Positions 35,786 to 45,402 of a DNA stretch of 64,000 nt are shown here, piece after piece. The notes under the pieces are model-generated. The model was not told where the DNA came from. It worked only from the letters and a program-made list of their open reading frames with translations, and ran no database searches. The DNA comes from Dehalococcoidia bacterium. GTDB taxonomy: Bacteria > Chloroflexota > Dehalococcoidia > Dehalococcoidales > E44-bin46. Each line of letters starts with the position of its first letter. The stretch's first letter is position 1. The stretch spans positions 254 to 64,253 of the forward strand of contig JAUWIC010000063.1 of the NCBI GenBank assembly GCA_030605575.1, given 5' to 3'. A program made the translations under genes and the position numbers.

Positions 35786-37387
35786 ATGCCAACCAAGAAT
35801 ATATTAAGAGAACTATGCCGATACAACATAGATACCTATGCCGATGTCATCTGCCGAAATGCGCTCTTGTATCCCGACCAAGAAGCCTTCGTGTGTGGAA
35901 ATACAAGGATAACTTTCTCCGAATTCAATACCAGAGTAAACAAGCTGGTACACGCTTTACATGAAATGGGGGTGAGAAAAGGAGACGTACTTGGTATTCT
36001 ATCCTGGAATTGCCTTGAGTATGCCGATGTTTACGGGGCAGCAATGAAGGGAGGATTTATTGCCTCACCTTTTAATACCAGGTTACAAGCCAACGAGCTG
36101 GAACATATTATTAACTACTCGGAAGCCACCACCCTTTTTGTCGGGGCTGAATTATTAGAAGTGGTCAATTCCTTAAGGCGGCGTCTACCTAAGGTTAGAA
36201 ATTTTATCTCTTTTGAGGGTCCTGCCCCTAACATGATAGCTCACCGTGGCTTGCTGGCATCACACCCGGGGCATGAGCCTGATGTTTGTGTAGACGAGGA
36301 TGACCTCGTCGGCATCATCTATACCAGTGGCACTACCGGTCTGCCCCGTGGTGCCCTATATACTCACCGTCGTTTCATAGAAGACGCCAAGACTCTGGCT
36401 ATAGATATGGGCTTACAACCGGGGCACAAGCGTATTCAGATAACGCCTCTGTTCCATATTGCGGGGAATACCCATTTCCGGTCCTCCCTGTACACCGCGG
36501 GGTGCAATGTTCTCTTAAAATTCTTTGACCCCGCAACTACGCTACAAATTATCCAGGATGAGCGGGCTACCCATATGGACATTGTGCCCACCCACCTGGT
36601 AGCGATGCTTAACCTACCCGACCTCGGTAAGTATGATATCAGCTCAATGAAGTTAATGTGGTATGGTGCCTCACCCATGCCTTTGGAGGTATTAAAGAAA
36701 GGCATGAAGGTTTTCGGCCCTATTTTCGCCCAAGGCTACGGGCAGAGTGAAAGTGGGCCGGCTATCTCTCACCTGTCGAAAGAGGACCACGATGTCCTGG
36801 ACAGACCGGAGGCGGAACAGAAGAAGCTCATGTCGGCTGGCCGGCCGGATATCGGGGTGCAGGTCAGAATTGTGGATAATGCCGGCAATGATGTCAAGCC
36901 TGGTGAAGTGGGCGAGATAATAGTGCGGAGCAAACAAATCATGGTTGAATACTGGCATAAGCCGGATGATACCAAAGCCAGCATCAAGGACGGCTGGCTC
37001 TATACCGGAGATATGGGATACTACGATGAACAGGGCTATATCTATATTGTGGACCGCAGAAAAGATTTGATTATCTCCGGCGGAGAGAATGTCTACCCCA
37101 GAGAGGTGGAGGAGGTCCTCTACCGGCATCCCACCGTTCTAGAGGCGGCTGTTATTGGCATCCCTGACCCGTACTGGGTCGAGAGGGTCCACGCTGTAGT
37201 GGTCTTAAAGCAGGGAGCAAGCACTACCGATGAAGAGCTTATTGCCTTCTGCAAAGAACACATAGCCGGTTACAAGGCGCCAAAGTCGGTTGAGTTTGTT
37301 GATTCCCTGCCCAAGAACCCGGCGGGCAAGATTTTGAAGAGAGAGTTGAGAGCAAAGTACCGCGCAGACTTGGAGGGAAGGGTTTAA
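35786..37387 (+). CDS. AMP-forming acyl-CoA synthetase/ligase
   Basis: It shows IIYTSGTTGLPRGA, GYGQSE, TGDMGYYDEQGYIYIVDRRKDLIISGGENVYP and PKNPAGKILKREL. Confidence 0.9.
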   Translation: MPTKNILRELCRYNIDTYADVICRNALLYPDQEAFVCGNTRITFSEFNTRVNKLVHALHEMGVRKGDVLGILSWNCLEYADVYGAAMKGGFIASPFNTRLQANELEHIINYSEATTLFVGAELLEVVNSLRRRLPKVRNFISFEGPAPNMIAHRGLLASHPGHEPDVCVDEDDLVGIIYTSGTTGLPRGALYTHRRFIEDAKTLAIDMGLQPGHKRIQITPLFHIAGNTHFRSSLYTAGCNVLLKFFDPATTLQIIQDERATHMDIVPTHLVAMLNLPDLGKYDISSMKLMWYGASPMPLEVLKKGMKVFGPIFAQGYGQSESGPAISHLSKEDHDVLDRPEAEQKKLMSAGRPDIGVQVRIVDNAGNDVKPGEVGEIIVRSKQIMVEYWHKPDDTKASIKDGWLYTGDMGYYDEQGYIYIVDRRKDLIISGGENVYPREVEEVLYRHPTVLEAAVIGIPDPYWVERVHAVVVLKQGASTTDEELIAFCKEHIAGYKAPKSVEFVDSLPKNPAGKILKRELRAKYRADLEGRV

Positions 37388-37617
37388 TACCTTGATACGG
37401 GGAAGGTCCCCGAAATCTATCCCATTGGCGTATGATGCCCTGGCTATAGTATTTCAGATTGGCTACGACCTGTGGGCTAACTGGCAACAGTTTGCCCAGG
37501 CTTATATTTCGTGGTAAGCTGTAAAGGTGAGAATGGGCGCTCTGGTTCACTAGAGGTAACAGCTAGCGTTTCCCCGAAATTTATGCCTCAAACGAAAAGA
37601 AAAGTGAAGAGGTTTAA

Positions 37618-38811
37618 ATGGCAAAGAGGACGAATGCGGTAATACTTGGCGGGGGAGTGAGTAAATTCGGTGTAAGACAGGCACATTTACTTGATATGAT
37701 TCAGGAGGCAGCCAAAGCCTGCTCCGATGACATTCCGGCACTAAAGCCGACAGATATCGATGGCCTCATCGTTTGTACTACATTGGCGGGGAGGCATTCC
37801 AATGCCCTTAACACAGCTCCTCTTGTGGTTCACAGATTAGGATTAAGGCCAACGTCGATTTGTATCAGGCTGGATACCCTGTGTGCCGGCTCCAATTCCG
37901 GGATTATTGTGGCCAAGGGACTGGTAGAAAGCGGTATTTCTGACATAGTTCTGGTGACCGGGGCGGAGAAGGTTTATCTACCCCAGAGATGGGAAACAAA
38001 CTATACACAACTAATGGTAAATGACCATGACTGGGACTCCGCCATGGGGTTAGGGGTACCCCCTCCGTTTTTCGCTATGATTGCCAGAATGCATATGAAG
38101 CGCTACGGGACGACCAAAGAACAAATGGCGCATGTTTCCGTAGCCAATTACAATTATGGCTCAACCAATCCCAACGCACACTTTTATCCGAGGACGCTGA
38201 CCATAGAGGAGGCGCTGAGCGCCAGGCTAATCGCTGACCCCTTTACTCTATTTGACTGCTGCCCTCTATCCGACGGTGCTTCCGCTGTTATCATTACCTC
38301 AGAAGAAAGAGCCAAAGACCTCTCGGACAGGCCGCTGGTCTATATCCGTGGTACCGGTCAGCATGCCACCCATAGTATGTCGGCAGGTTGGCCCGGCGAA
38401 ACCCCGGCCGAGTGGCCTCATCTGAAGAAAGCGGCTGAGGTAGCTTACAAAAATGCCCGGGTCAGCCCCAAGGATATAGACGTGGCACAGGTCCATGATT
38501 GCTTCACCATATCTCAGATTATAGAGATGGAAGAGCTTGGTTTCTGCCAGAAGGGAGAAGGCGGCGATTATGTAGCCTCAGGAGCCATCAATATTGACGG
38601 TGAACGCCCGATAAATACCGATGGTGGCCTTATTAGCTGTGGACATCCCTTCGGTGCCTCCGGAGCCCGCCAATCTCTCGAGCTGTGCAAGCAACTCCAG
38701 GGTAGAGCCATAAATCAGGTTAAAGACCCCAAGATTGCCCTGGCGCACAATTTAAGCGGTGCTTCGGCTCAACATACGGTGGTAATCTACGGGACGGAGC
38801 CGGTGGAATAA
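37618..38811 (+). CDS. Thiolase-like protein (SCP-x type), second copy
   Basis: It shows LDTLCAGSNSG, NTDGGLISCGHPFGASG and HNLSG. It is paired with the following DUF35 gene. Confidence 0.85.
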   Translation: MAKRTNAVILGGGVSKFGVRQAHLLDMIQEAAKACSDDIPALKPTDIDGLIVCTTLAGRHSNALNTAPLVVHRLGLRPTSICIRLDTLCAGSNSGIIVAKGLVESGISDIVLVTGAEKVYLPQRWETNYTQLMVNDHDWDSAMGLGVPPPFFAMIARMHMKRYGTTKEQMAHVSVANYNYGSTNPNAHFYPRTLTIEEALSARLIADPFTLFDCCPLSDGASAVIITSEERAKDLSDRPLVYIRGTGQHATHSMSAGWPGETPAEWPHLKKAAEVAYKNARVSPKDIDVAQVHDCFTISQIIEMEELGFCQKGEGGDYVASGAINIDGERPINTDGGLISCGHPFGASGARQSLELCKQLQGRAINQVKDPKIALAHNLSGASAQHTVVIYGTEPVE

Positions 38812-38843
38812 GCTATATTAGGATTTAGATAAGGGGAACAGAA

Positions 38844-39365
38844 ATGGCAGATATACAAAAGGCACAGATAGAAGGGACTCCAGCTCTGGACGGAAGATAC
38901 ATTTCGGAAATGGATATGTGGCCATTAGAATGCCAGGAATTCAATCGGAACTATCAGTTTTACGATAACCTCAGGGAAGGCAGGTTTACCACGACCAAGT
39001 GCCAGAAGTGTGGATATATCGCCTTCCCCCCGGGTGTGATATGCCCCAAGTGCTGGTCTGACGACCTGGAGTGGGTAGACCTGCCGCAGAGGGCCAGAGT
39101 GGTCGCTTTTACCGAAACGCAAGCCGGCGCTCCCATTGGTTTCGAGCCTCCGTTAATCATGGCCTGGCTTGATTTTGGCAAGGACAGCCCGCTGAAGCAT
39201 CTACTGGGTCGTATAATAAATTGTCCCGAAGGCAAGCTTAAAGAAGGTGATGAGGTCAAGTTTGTGGTCTTTGATGTCCCGGCACACCCGATAGAGGTCA
39301 AGAGGGAAACCAAGATATGCGACAGGGTGTATTATGCCTTTGAGCCTGTAGAAAAGGCGGCTTAA
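38844..39365 (+). CDS. DUF35 OB-fold / zinc-ribbon protein, second copy
   Basis: A zinc ribbon CQKCGYIAFPPGVICPKC is followed by an OB-fold-length C-terminus. Confidence 0.8.
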   Translation: MADIQKAQIEGTPALDGRYISEMDMWPLECQEFNRNYQFYDNLREGRFTTTKCQKCGYIAFPPGVICPKCWSDDLEWVDLPQRARVVAFTETQAGAPIGFEPPLIMAWLDFGKDSPLKHLLGRIINCPEGKLKEGDEVKFVVFDVPAHPIEVKRETKICDRVYYAFEPVEKAA

Positions 39366-39393
39366 CTATATTAAACTGAGGGGGCTGTAACCC

Positions 39394-41379
39394 ATGAAGA
39401 AGATAAAAAATATCGCTGTCCTCGGAGCCGGGGCTATGGGAGCACAGATAGGCGCCCTGGCGGCGGAAGCAGGCTACAAGGTAAAAATCAGGGATATTAA
39501 GGAGAAATTCCTGGAGCGAGGCCGTCAGACAGTCGAAGCAATGTATGACAAGCGGATTCAGAGAGGTCGTTTAACCGAGGCGGCCAGGAAGGATAATATG
39601 AGTCGGCTGAGCTTCCTTCTCGACCTGAAGGAAACGGTCAAAGACGCCGACCTTATCATAGAGGCTATACCGGAGATAATGGATTTGAAACAAAGCGTAT
39701 TAAGAGAGGTCTCGGCATTATGCCCGGAGGATACGGTTTTGGCAACCAATACCTCCTCTTTGAGCATCGCTGAGATTGCTGAGGCTGCCAAGCGGCCGGA
39801 AATGGTAGTGGGCACGCACTATTTTAACCCTCCCAGCCGGATGACCCTGCTGGAAATTGTTCACGGAGCCAAGACAAGTGACGAAGCTATTGAGATAGCC
39901 GAGCGCGCAGCTAAAGCCATGGGCAGAGCTGTAATTCATGTCAAAGATGTTCCCGGCTTCGTCGCCAACAGAATCTTCTGCAACATGGCTAACGAGGCTG
40001 ATTGGGCACTGGCCCAAAATGAAGGCAAGAGCGCGTTGGAAATAGATTCGGCAATAAAGTATAAGCTGGGGCTGCCTATGGGTATGTTTGAACTCCAGGA
40101 TGTTTTGGGCGGCGGTTCCATAGATGTGCAGTACCACGTAATGGAGTATTTCGCCTCTACTCTGGGTGAAAGCTACCGACCGGCTCCCATTCTGGCAAAA
40201 TTGTTCAAGGCTGGTCACTACGGGAAAAAGACGGGCAAGGGATACTATGATTGGTCAGAGGGCAAAACCAACGAAATTCCCATGAATGCCGGCGTGGAAT
40301 TCGACCCGATAAGATTGCTGGCGCCAGCCGTCAATGAAGCTGCCAAGTTGATTGAAACGGGAGCCACCAATAAGGAAGCAATAGACACAGCGGTACTCCT
40401 CGGGCTTAACTACCCCCGAGGTCTCCTCAGGATGGCCGACAGCACCGGCCTGGATAAGATAGTGGCTGAGCTGAACCGGCTGTATAGTACCTACAAGGAA
40501 GAAAGATACAAGTGTTCCTCGGTATTAACCGACCTGGTGGCGCAGGGGAAGCTGGGGAGAAAGACCGGAGAGGGATTTCACTCCTACGGACCGGGGGAAT
40601 ACGAGTTTGTCAAGCTTGATGTTAACCGGGAAACAAAGGTAGCCAGGCTAATCCTAAATCGGCCTTACCGTGCCAATGCCCTTAATTTTGACTTCATAAC
40701 GGAGATAGATAAAGCCTTGGACGAAGTTGAGGGGCAGGCTGATGCGCGGTGTATTGTTATCACCGGTGCCGGCGCTAATTTCTGCAGTGGTGCCGATGTC
40801 TCCGCCTTCGCCTCCGGGCAGATGAATAACGTACTGAATTTCAGCAATGCCGGCCATAATGTATTTACCAGAATTGAAACCTATTCTAGACCGGTAATAG
40901 CGGCTATCAATGGGCCAGCCATAGGCGGTGGTCTGGAGCTTGCCCTTGCCTGTGATATAAGGATAATGAACCAAACAGCCCGGCTACGTCTTCCCGAGCT
41001 GAATCTGGGACTGACTCCGGGGTGGGGCGGTATACAGCGGTTAAGCCGGTTGATTGGGGGAACACGCGCCAAAGAGATGGTGCTGTTAGCTGAGCCGGTA
41101 ATGGCCGATAAAGCCCTTGAGTGGGGATTAGTTAATTACGTCGCCGAGCCGGACAAATTTGAGGCTCTAGTAGATGATATCGCCGGCAGGCTGGCCAGTG
41201 GCGCTCCATTAGCCCAAAAACTGGCTAAGTCTACATTTTATTATGGTGCTCAAGCTGACCAAAGGACAGGCTTATTCATCGAAACCTCAGCCTCTGCCGA
41301 TATTTCTCTAACCAAAGATTTGAATGAGGGGCTTACCGCAATGTCTTACCGGCGCCAGCCTAAATTTACCGGCGAGTAA
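39394..41379 (+). CDS. Fusion protein: 3-hydroxyacyl-CoA dehydrogenase (N-terminal) + enoyl-CoA hydratase (C-terminal)
   Basis: The N-terminus shows VLGAGAMGAQIG and THYFNPPSRMTLLEIV. The C-terminus shows ITGAGANFCSGADV and AINGPAIGGGLELALACD. The domain order is the reverse of FadB. Confidence 0.9.
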   Translation: MKKIKNIAVLGAGAMGAQIGALAAEAGYKVKIRDIKEKFLERGRQTVEAMYDKRIQRGRLTEAARKDNMSRLSFLLDLKETVKDADLIIEAIPEIMDLKQSVLREVSALCPEDTVLATNTSSLSIAEIAEAAKRPEMVVGTHYFNPPSRMTLLEIVHGAKTSDEAIEIAERAAKAMGRAVIHVKDVPGFVANRIFCNMANEADWALAQNEGKSALEIDSAIKYKLGLPMGMFELQDVLGGGSIDVQYHVMEYFASTLGESYRPAPILAKLFKAGHYGKKTGKGYYDWSEGKTNEIPMNAGVEFDPIRLLAPAVNEAAKLIETGATNKEAIDTAVLLGLNYPRGLLRMADSTGLDKIVAELNRLYSTYKEERYKCSSVLTDLVAQGKLGRKTGEGFHSYGPGEYEFVKLDVNRETKVARLILNRPYRANALNFDFITEIDKALDEVEGQADARCIVITGAGANFCSGADVSAFASGQMNNVLNFSNAGHNVFTRIETYSRPVIAAINGPAIGGGLELALACDIRIMNQTARLRLPELNLGLTPGWGGIQRLSRLIGGTRAKEMVLLAEPVMADKALEWGLVNYVAEPDKFEALVDDIAGRLASGAPLAQKLAKSTFYYGAQADQRTGLFIETSASADISLTKDLNEGLTAMSYRRQPKFTGE

Positions 41380-41450
41380 GGGTCAGGCAATGGGCTACTC
41401 CTGAGACAAATGCAGTTTGAGGAGTCGGGGCAGAGGATGCTGACCTGAGA

Positions 41451-41525
41451 TGGAGCCAGCGGTCGGATTCGAACCGACGACCGGCGGTTTACGAAACCGC
41501 TGCTCTACCCCTGAGCTACACTGGC
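41451..41525 (-). tRNA. tRNA-Thr (anticodon CGU), CCA encoded
   Basis: I folded the cloverleaf by hand. It has acceptor GCCAGTG/CGCTGGC, D-arm GCTC-AGGGGTA-GAGC, anticodon arm GCGGT-TTCGTAA-ACCGC, T-arm GTCGG-TTCGAAT-CCGAC and 3' TCCA. Confidence 0.9.
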
Positions 41526-41596
41526 TGTGCCTAAGTATAGCACAAAGTTATGTCACCAATGAATAGCATCCAAAGCTATATCTTGTTTTATTGTTC

Positions 41597-41850
41597 GTTA
41601 GCAACCTACCCCCTTGATCCCCCTCCCTTACAAGGGAGGGGGAATTGGTTATATAAGGGAGGCTCTTTACCCCACAAAAACTTTGTTTTTGCGGGGACCC
41701 CGTTATCTGCCTCCCTTTGATCCTCCGTAATACGGATATACATTCCTATCACGGGGGAAGAGACTTTAGAGAGGGGCTTCGCCCCTCTCTTACCTACACT
41801 CCCCCCTTCCCTTATTAAGGGAAGGGGGTCAGGGGGATAGGTTGCTAAAC
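41597..41850. repeat. Composite palindromic intergenic repeat element (MITE/REP-like) with imperfect terminal inverted repeats
   Basis: The left end GTTAGCAACCTACCCCC faces the right end GGGGGATAGGTTGCTAAAC. Internal GC hairpins are CCCCCTCCCTT-ACAA-GGGAGGGGG, GAGGGGC-TTC-GCCCCTC and CCCCCCTTCCCTT-ATTA-AGGGAAGGGGG. Confidence 0.7.
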
Positions 41851-41860
41851 GCACTCGTAA

Positions 41861-41889
41861 TTGACGCTTAGATTGGCTTATGATAGTAT
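41861..41889 (+). promoter_or_regulatory. Sigma70-like promoter (TTGACG-N17-TAGTAT) ahead of ribF
   Basis: TTGACG lies at 41861-41866 and TAGTAT at 41884-41889. Confidence 0.4.
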
Positions 41890-42000
41890 TTTTAAAACGC
41901 TCTAGCTATGATAGCCTACCGGGTGATTACTAAGCTTTTTTATCCCTTGGCTATTTAAGGCTGTGCTTTTCACCGATAATCCTGCTCAGAGGAAAGCATC

Positions 42001-42933
42001 ATGCAAGTAGAGAAAGAGTTAGCCAAGTTACAACCTAAGCAAGATACACTACTAACCATCGGTGTTTTTGATGGAGTTCATCTGGGACATAAATACCTGC
42101 TGTCACAGCTAACGGAGCAGGCTAGAGAGCAGAATTTGCTTAGCGGAGTGGTAACCTTTAACCAGCACCCCCACGAAGTACTGTCACCTCAGACCAGGCT
42201 ACCATTCTTAACCGACCTTACCCAGAGGAGCAACCTTCTCCAAAATGAGGGCGTTGAAGCCATCTTTACCTTGTCCTTCACCACTGAGTTAGCTCAACTC
42301 AGTGCCCGTCAATTCGTCAGTCTACTAAAGAAATACCTCAGAATGCGCGGACTGGTAATTGGACCTGACTTTGTCTTAGGTCAAAACCGAGAAGGTAACA
42401 CCAATACCCTGGGCACATTGGGACAAGCTATGAATTTCAGTGTAACCGTAATACCCCCGGTAATGATAAATGGTGAACTGGTAAGCAGCACCGCCATCAG
42501 AAATTCCCTAGCCAACGGAGATATGAAAAGGGTGCTCACCCTGGTAGGTCGCCCCTTTAGCCTAAACGGGCGTGTAACCAGCGGGGCGGGTCGAGGGGTA
42601 GAGTTGGGTTTCCCCACTGCCAATCTGGATATAGACCCGGGGCAGGCTCTTCCCGCTGAGGGAGTTTATGCTACCTGGGCCCATATTGATGGTCAAGCCT
42701 ATCAATCAATGACCAATATTGGCCCACAACCTACCTTCGGTGGTAGCCAGCGTGTGGTAGAGGTCTATGTCCTTGACTATCATAGTAACCTGTATGGGCG
42801 CGAGCTAAAAATTGATATTATGGAGCGGCTCCGCGGTGAGAAACAATTTGACACCGCCGAGGAACTAAAGAAACAAATAACCGAGGATGTAAAACGAGGC
42901 AGAGCGATACTAAACTCCCAAGGTAGAGGCTAA
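42001..42933 (+). CDS. ribF: Bifunctional riboflavin kinase / FMN adenylyltransferase
   Basis: It shows GVFDGVHLGH and GFPTANL, and the 310-aa size is typical. Confidence 0.9.
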   Translation: MQVEKELAKLQPKQDTLLTIGVFDGVHLGHKYLLSQLTEQAREQNLLSGVVTFNQHPHEVLSPQTRLPFLTDLTQRSNLLQNEGVEAIFTLSFTTELAQLSARQFVSLLKKYLRMRGLVIGPDFVLGQNREGNTNTLGTLGQAMNFSVTVIPPVMINGELVSSTAIRNSLANGDMKRVLTLVGRPFSLNGRVTSGAGRGVELGFPTANLDIDPGQALPAEGVYATWAHIDGQAYQSMTNIGPQPTFGGSQRVVEVYVLDYHSNLYGRELKIDIMERLRGEKQFDTAEELKKQITEDVKRGRAILNSQGRG

Positions 42934-42935
42934 GT

Positions 42936-44228
42936 ATGGACACCGCTAGAAAAGTTATGAGCAGCCAGGATATTAGTTATTTGCTAAAGCGAGGGGTAGC
43001 TGAAATTATAATTGAGGCAGAGATGATGAAGCTGCTAGGCTCGGGCAAACAACTACGGCTAAAAGAGGGTTTTGACCCCAGTTTTCCCGACATCCATCTG
43101 GGTCATGTGGTAACCCTGAGAAAGCTACGTCAATTCCAGGATTTGGGGCATCAGGTTATTCTCATCGTTGGTGATTGGACAGCTCAAATTGGTGACCCAA
43201 GTGGTGCCTCAACTACCCGACCGATGCTGTCTAAAGAACAGGTCCAGGCTAATGCCGAAACCTATATGAAGCAGTTCTTCAAGGTAGTTGATAAGAAGCG
43301 AACCGAGGTCAGGTGGCAGAGTGAGTGGTTTGGTAAATTTACCCTCAGCGATATCATTCAGCTTACCAGTAAGTTTACCGTAGCCCAGCTACTGGCTAGA
43401 GAGGACTTTAGCAATAGATATAGTGCCGGACGACCCATCGCCGTGACCGAACTGCTCTACCCCTTGCTCCAAGCCTATGACTCAGTAGCTATCAAGGCCG
43501 ATGTTGAATTCGGCGGCACCGACCAGAAGTTTAACCTGCTGGTGGGCAGGGAGCTTCAATCCATTGCCGGACAGCCTCCCCAGCAGGTCTTTTTAGCCCC
43601 CCTCCTCATCGGCACCGACGGTAGTCAAAAGATGAGCAAGAGCCTGGGTAACTATATCGGTATCACTGAACCACCTGATGAGATATACGGCAAGGTGATG
43701 TCTATTCCTGACAGCCTTATCCTGCACTACTTTGAATTAGTAACCGATGTTCCTGACCAGGAACTGGAGGAGTTCAAGCAGGGGCTTAGCCGTCAGACCG
43801 TTAATCCTATGACGTTAAAGAAGCGACTGGCCGGGGAGATTGTGACCCAGCTCTACAGTCAAAAGGCAGCCACCGACGCTGAGGAGCACTTCGCTAAAGT
43901 GTTTCAAAAAAGGCAAGTGCCAGAAGAAACACCACAAGTAGAGATAACTGAAGAATTACTACAAAGAATAAAAGCTCGCTCATTTAAAGAGGAGGGATTA
44001 TTGGGTAGCATTAGAGAGGTCGGCAAGCCTAAGACTGAGGAGTGGATTATATCAGTTCCTCTGCTGTTATGTGAGATAGGTTTAGCTAAAAGTCGCAGTG
44101 ATGCTAAGCGTCTTATAGAACAAGAGGCTGTTCACATAGATGGCAAGACAATTTATGAGACAAATAGTAATATCAAAATAGGTAGCATAATTAAGGTAGG
44201 GCCTCGCCATTGGGTGAAACTTGTTTGA
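42936..44228 (+). CDS. tyrS: Tyrosine--tRNA ligase
   Basis: It has the HIGH-type HLGH, KMSKS, and a C-terminal S4-like domain (SRSDAKRLIEQEAVHIDG). Confidence 0.85.
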   Translation: MDTARKVMSSQDISYLLKRGVAEIIIEAEMMKLLGSGKQLRLKEGFDPSFPDIHLGHVVTLRKLRQFQDLGHQVILIVGDWTAQIGDPSGASTTRPMLSKEQVQANAETYMKQFFKVVDKKRTEVRWQSEWFGKFTLSDIIQLTSKFTVAQLLAREDFSNRYSAGRPIAVTELLYPLLQAYDSVAIKADVEFGGTDQKFNLLVGRELQSIAGQPPQQVFLAPLLIGTDGSQKMSKSLGNYIGITEPPDEIYGKVMSIPDSLILHYFELVTDVPDQELEEFKQGLSRQTVNPMTLKKRLAGEIVTQLYSQKAATDAEEHFAKVFQKRQVPEETPQVEITEELLQRIKARSFKEEGLLGSIREVGKPKTEEWIISVPLLLCEIGLAKSRSDAKRLIEQEAVHIDGKTIYETNSNIKIGSIIKVGPRHWVKLV

Positions 44229-44308
44229 TGATAATTATGATACAAACTAGTAAGCGCCGCTTTGCTAAAGTGATAAATACTGATACACTAACAGAATAGA
44301 GGAGACAG

Positions 44309-45397
44309 ATGGAACATTTACGCATTCCAGGACCCACCCCTTGCCCTAGCGAGGTGCTTCAGGCAATGACCAAGCAGATGATAAATCACCGGGGTGAAGA
44401 ATTTGGGCAGATACTGAATAAGGTAACGGCTAATCTAAAGCGGTTGTTTCAGACTAAAGGCGATGTTTTTCTGCTTACCAGTTCAGGAACCGGCGGTTTA
44501 GAAACGGCTATCGTTAATACCCTATCCCCGGGTGATAAAATATTATCGGTATCTATTGGTGCCTTCGGCGAACGCTTTGCCACCATCGCCCAGCAATTTG
44601 GAGCTGAGGTAATCCCGCTTCGCTTTGAGTGGGGTAAAGCCGCTGATGTTGACGCCGTGCGCCAGGCTCTCAGCACCGAACCCAAAATCAAAGCGGTGCT
44701 GGTCACCCATAATGAAACCTCTACCGGCGTTACCAATGACCTGGCTTCAATTAACTCGGTAGTCAAGGAATTTGATAAACTACTGCTGGTTGATGCCATA
44801 AGCAGTCTGGGCTCAATTAATTTACCAGTAGATGACTGGCACTGCGATGTTACCGTTACCGGTTCCCAGAAGGGATGGATGGCTCCCCCCGGTCTGGCTA
44901 TGGTCAGTGTCAGCCCAGAAGCCTGGCAGGCTTACGCCAAAGCTAAGATGCCTCGCTTCTACTGGGACTTTGCCCACGCCAAGAGCTACTTAGAAAAGGG
45001 GCAAACGCCGTGGACACCAGCCCTGTCCACCATATTTGCCCTGGAGGTATCACTAGAAATGATGCTCAAGGAAGGCTTGCCTAACATCATAGCCCGGCAT
45101 GCTCAGGTGGGTAACGCCGCCCGAGCTGGGGTAAAATCACTAGGGCTGTCCCTTTTTGCCGACGAAAACTACGCCTCCAATACCGTTACTGCCGTAGCTA
45201 CTTCGGATGGGCTTGACACCAAAAAGATGCTCAAGCTCTTAAGAGAGGAACACCAGATTGCGCTCGGTGGCGGACAGCAGAGATTAGACGGCAAAATATT
45301 CCGCATCGGTCACCTGGGCTGGGTGACGGAAAGCGATATTGAAACCGTAATATCGGCACTGAAGGTAGTACTACCACAGGCTGGATTCAGGAGTTAG
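44309..45397 (+). CDS. Class V aminotransferase (serine-pyruvate/phosphoserine aminotransferase type)
   Basis: It has the PLP-Lys region TGSQKGWMAPPG. Adjacency to serA suggests a SerC-like role. Confidence 0.75.
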   Translation: MEHLRIPGPTPCPSEVLQAMTKQMINHRGEEFGQILNKVTANLKRLFQTKGDVFLLTSSGTGGLETAIVNTLSPGDKILSVSIGAFGERFATIAQQFGAEVIPLRFEWGKAADVDAVRQALSTEPKIKAVLVTHNETSTGVTNDLASINSVVKEFDKLLLVDAISSLGSINLPVDDWHCDVTVTGSQKGWMAPPGLAMVSVSPEAWQAYAKAKMPRFYWDFAHAKSYLEKGQTPWTPALSTIFALEVSLEMMLKEGLPNIIARHAQVGNAARAGVKSLGLSLFADENYASNTVTAVATSDGLDTKKMLKLLREEHQIALGGGQQRLDGKIFRIGHLGWVTESDIETVISALKVVLPQAGFRS

Positions 45398-45402
45398 TTA
45401 AA

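Noticed and set aside
41606-41854. An 82-aa ORF on the minus strand. The analogous 93-aa ORF at 61208-61489 is rejected on the same grounds.
   Set aside because: Both are translations of the GC-hairpin intergenic repeats (PLPCKGGGSRG- and PSPYQGEGE-type strings). Their similarity to one another is at the DNA-palindrome level, not the protein level.
41890-42000. A possible FMN riboswitch upstream of ribF.
   Set aside because: The leader is only about 110 nt and lacks the multi-stem FMN aptamer pattern. FMN riboswitches normally precede rib biosynthesis or transporter genes, not ribF.
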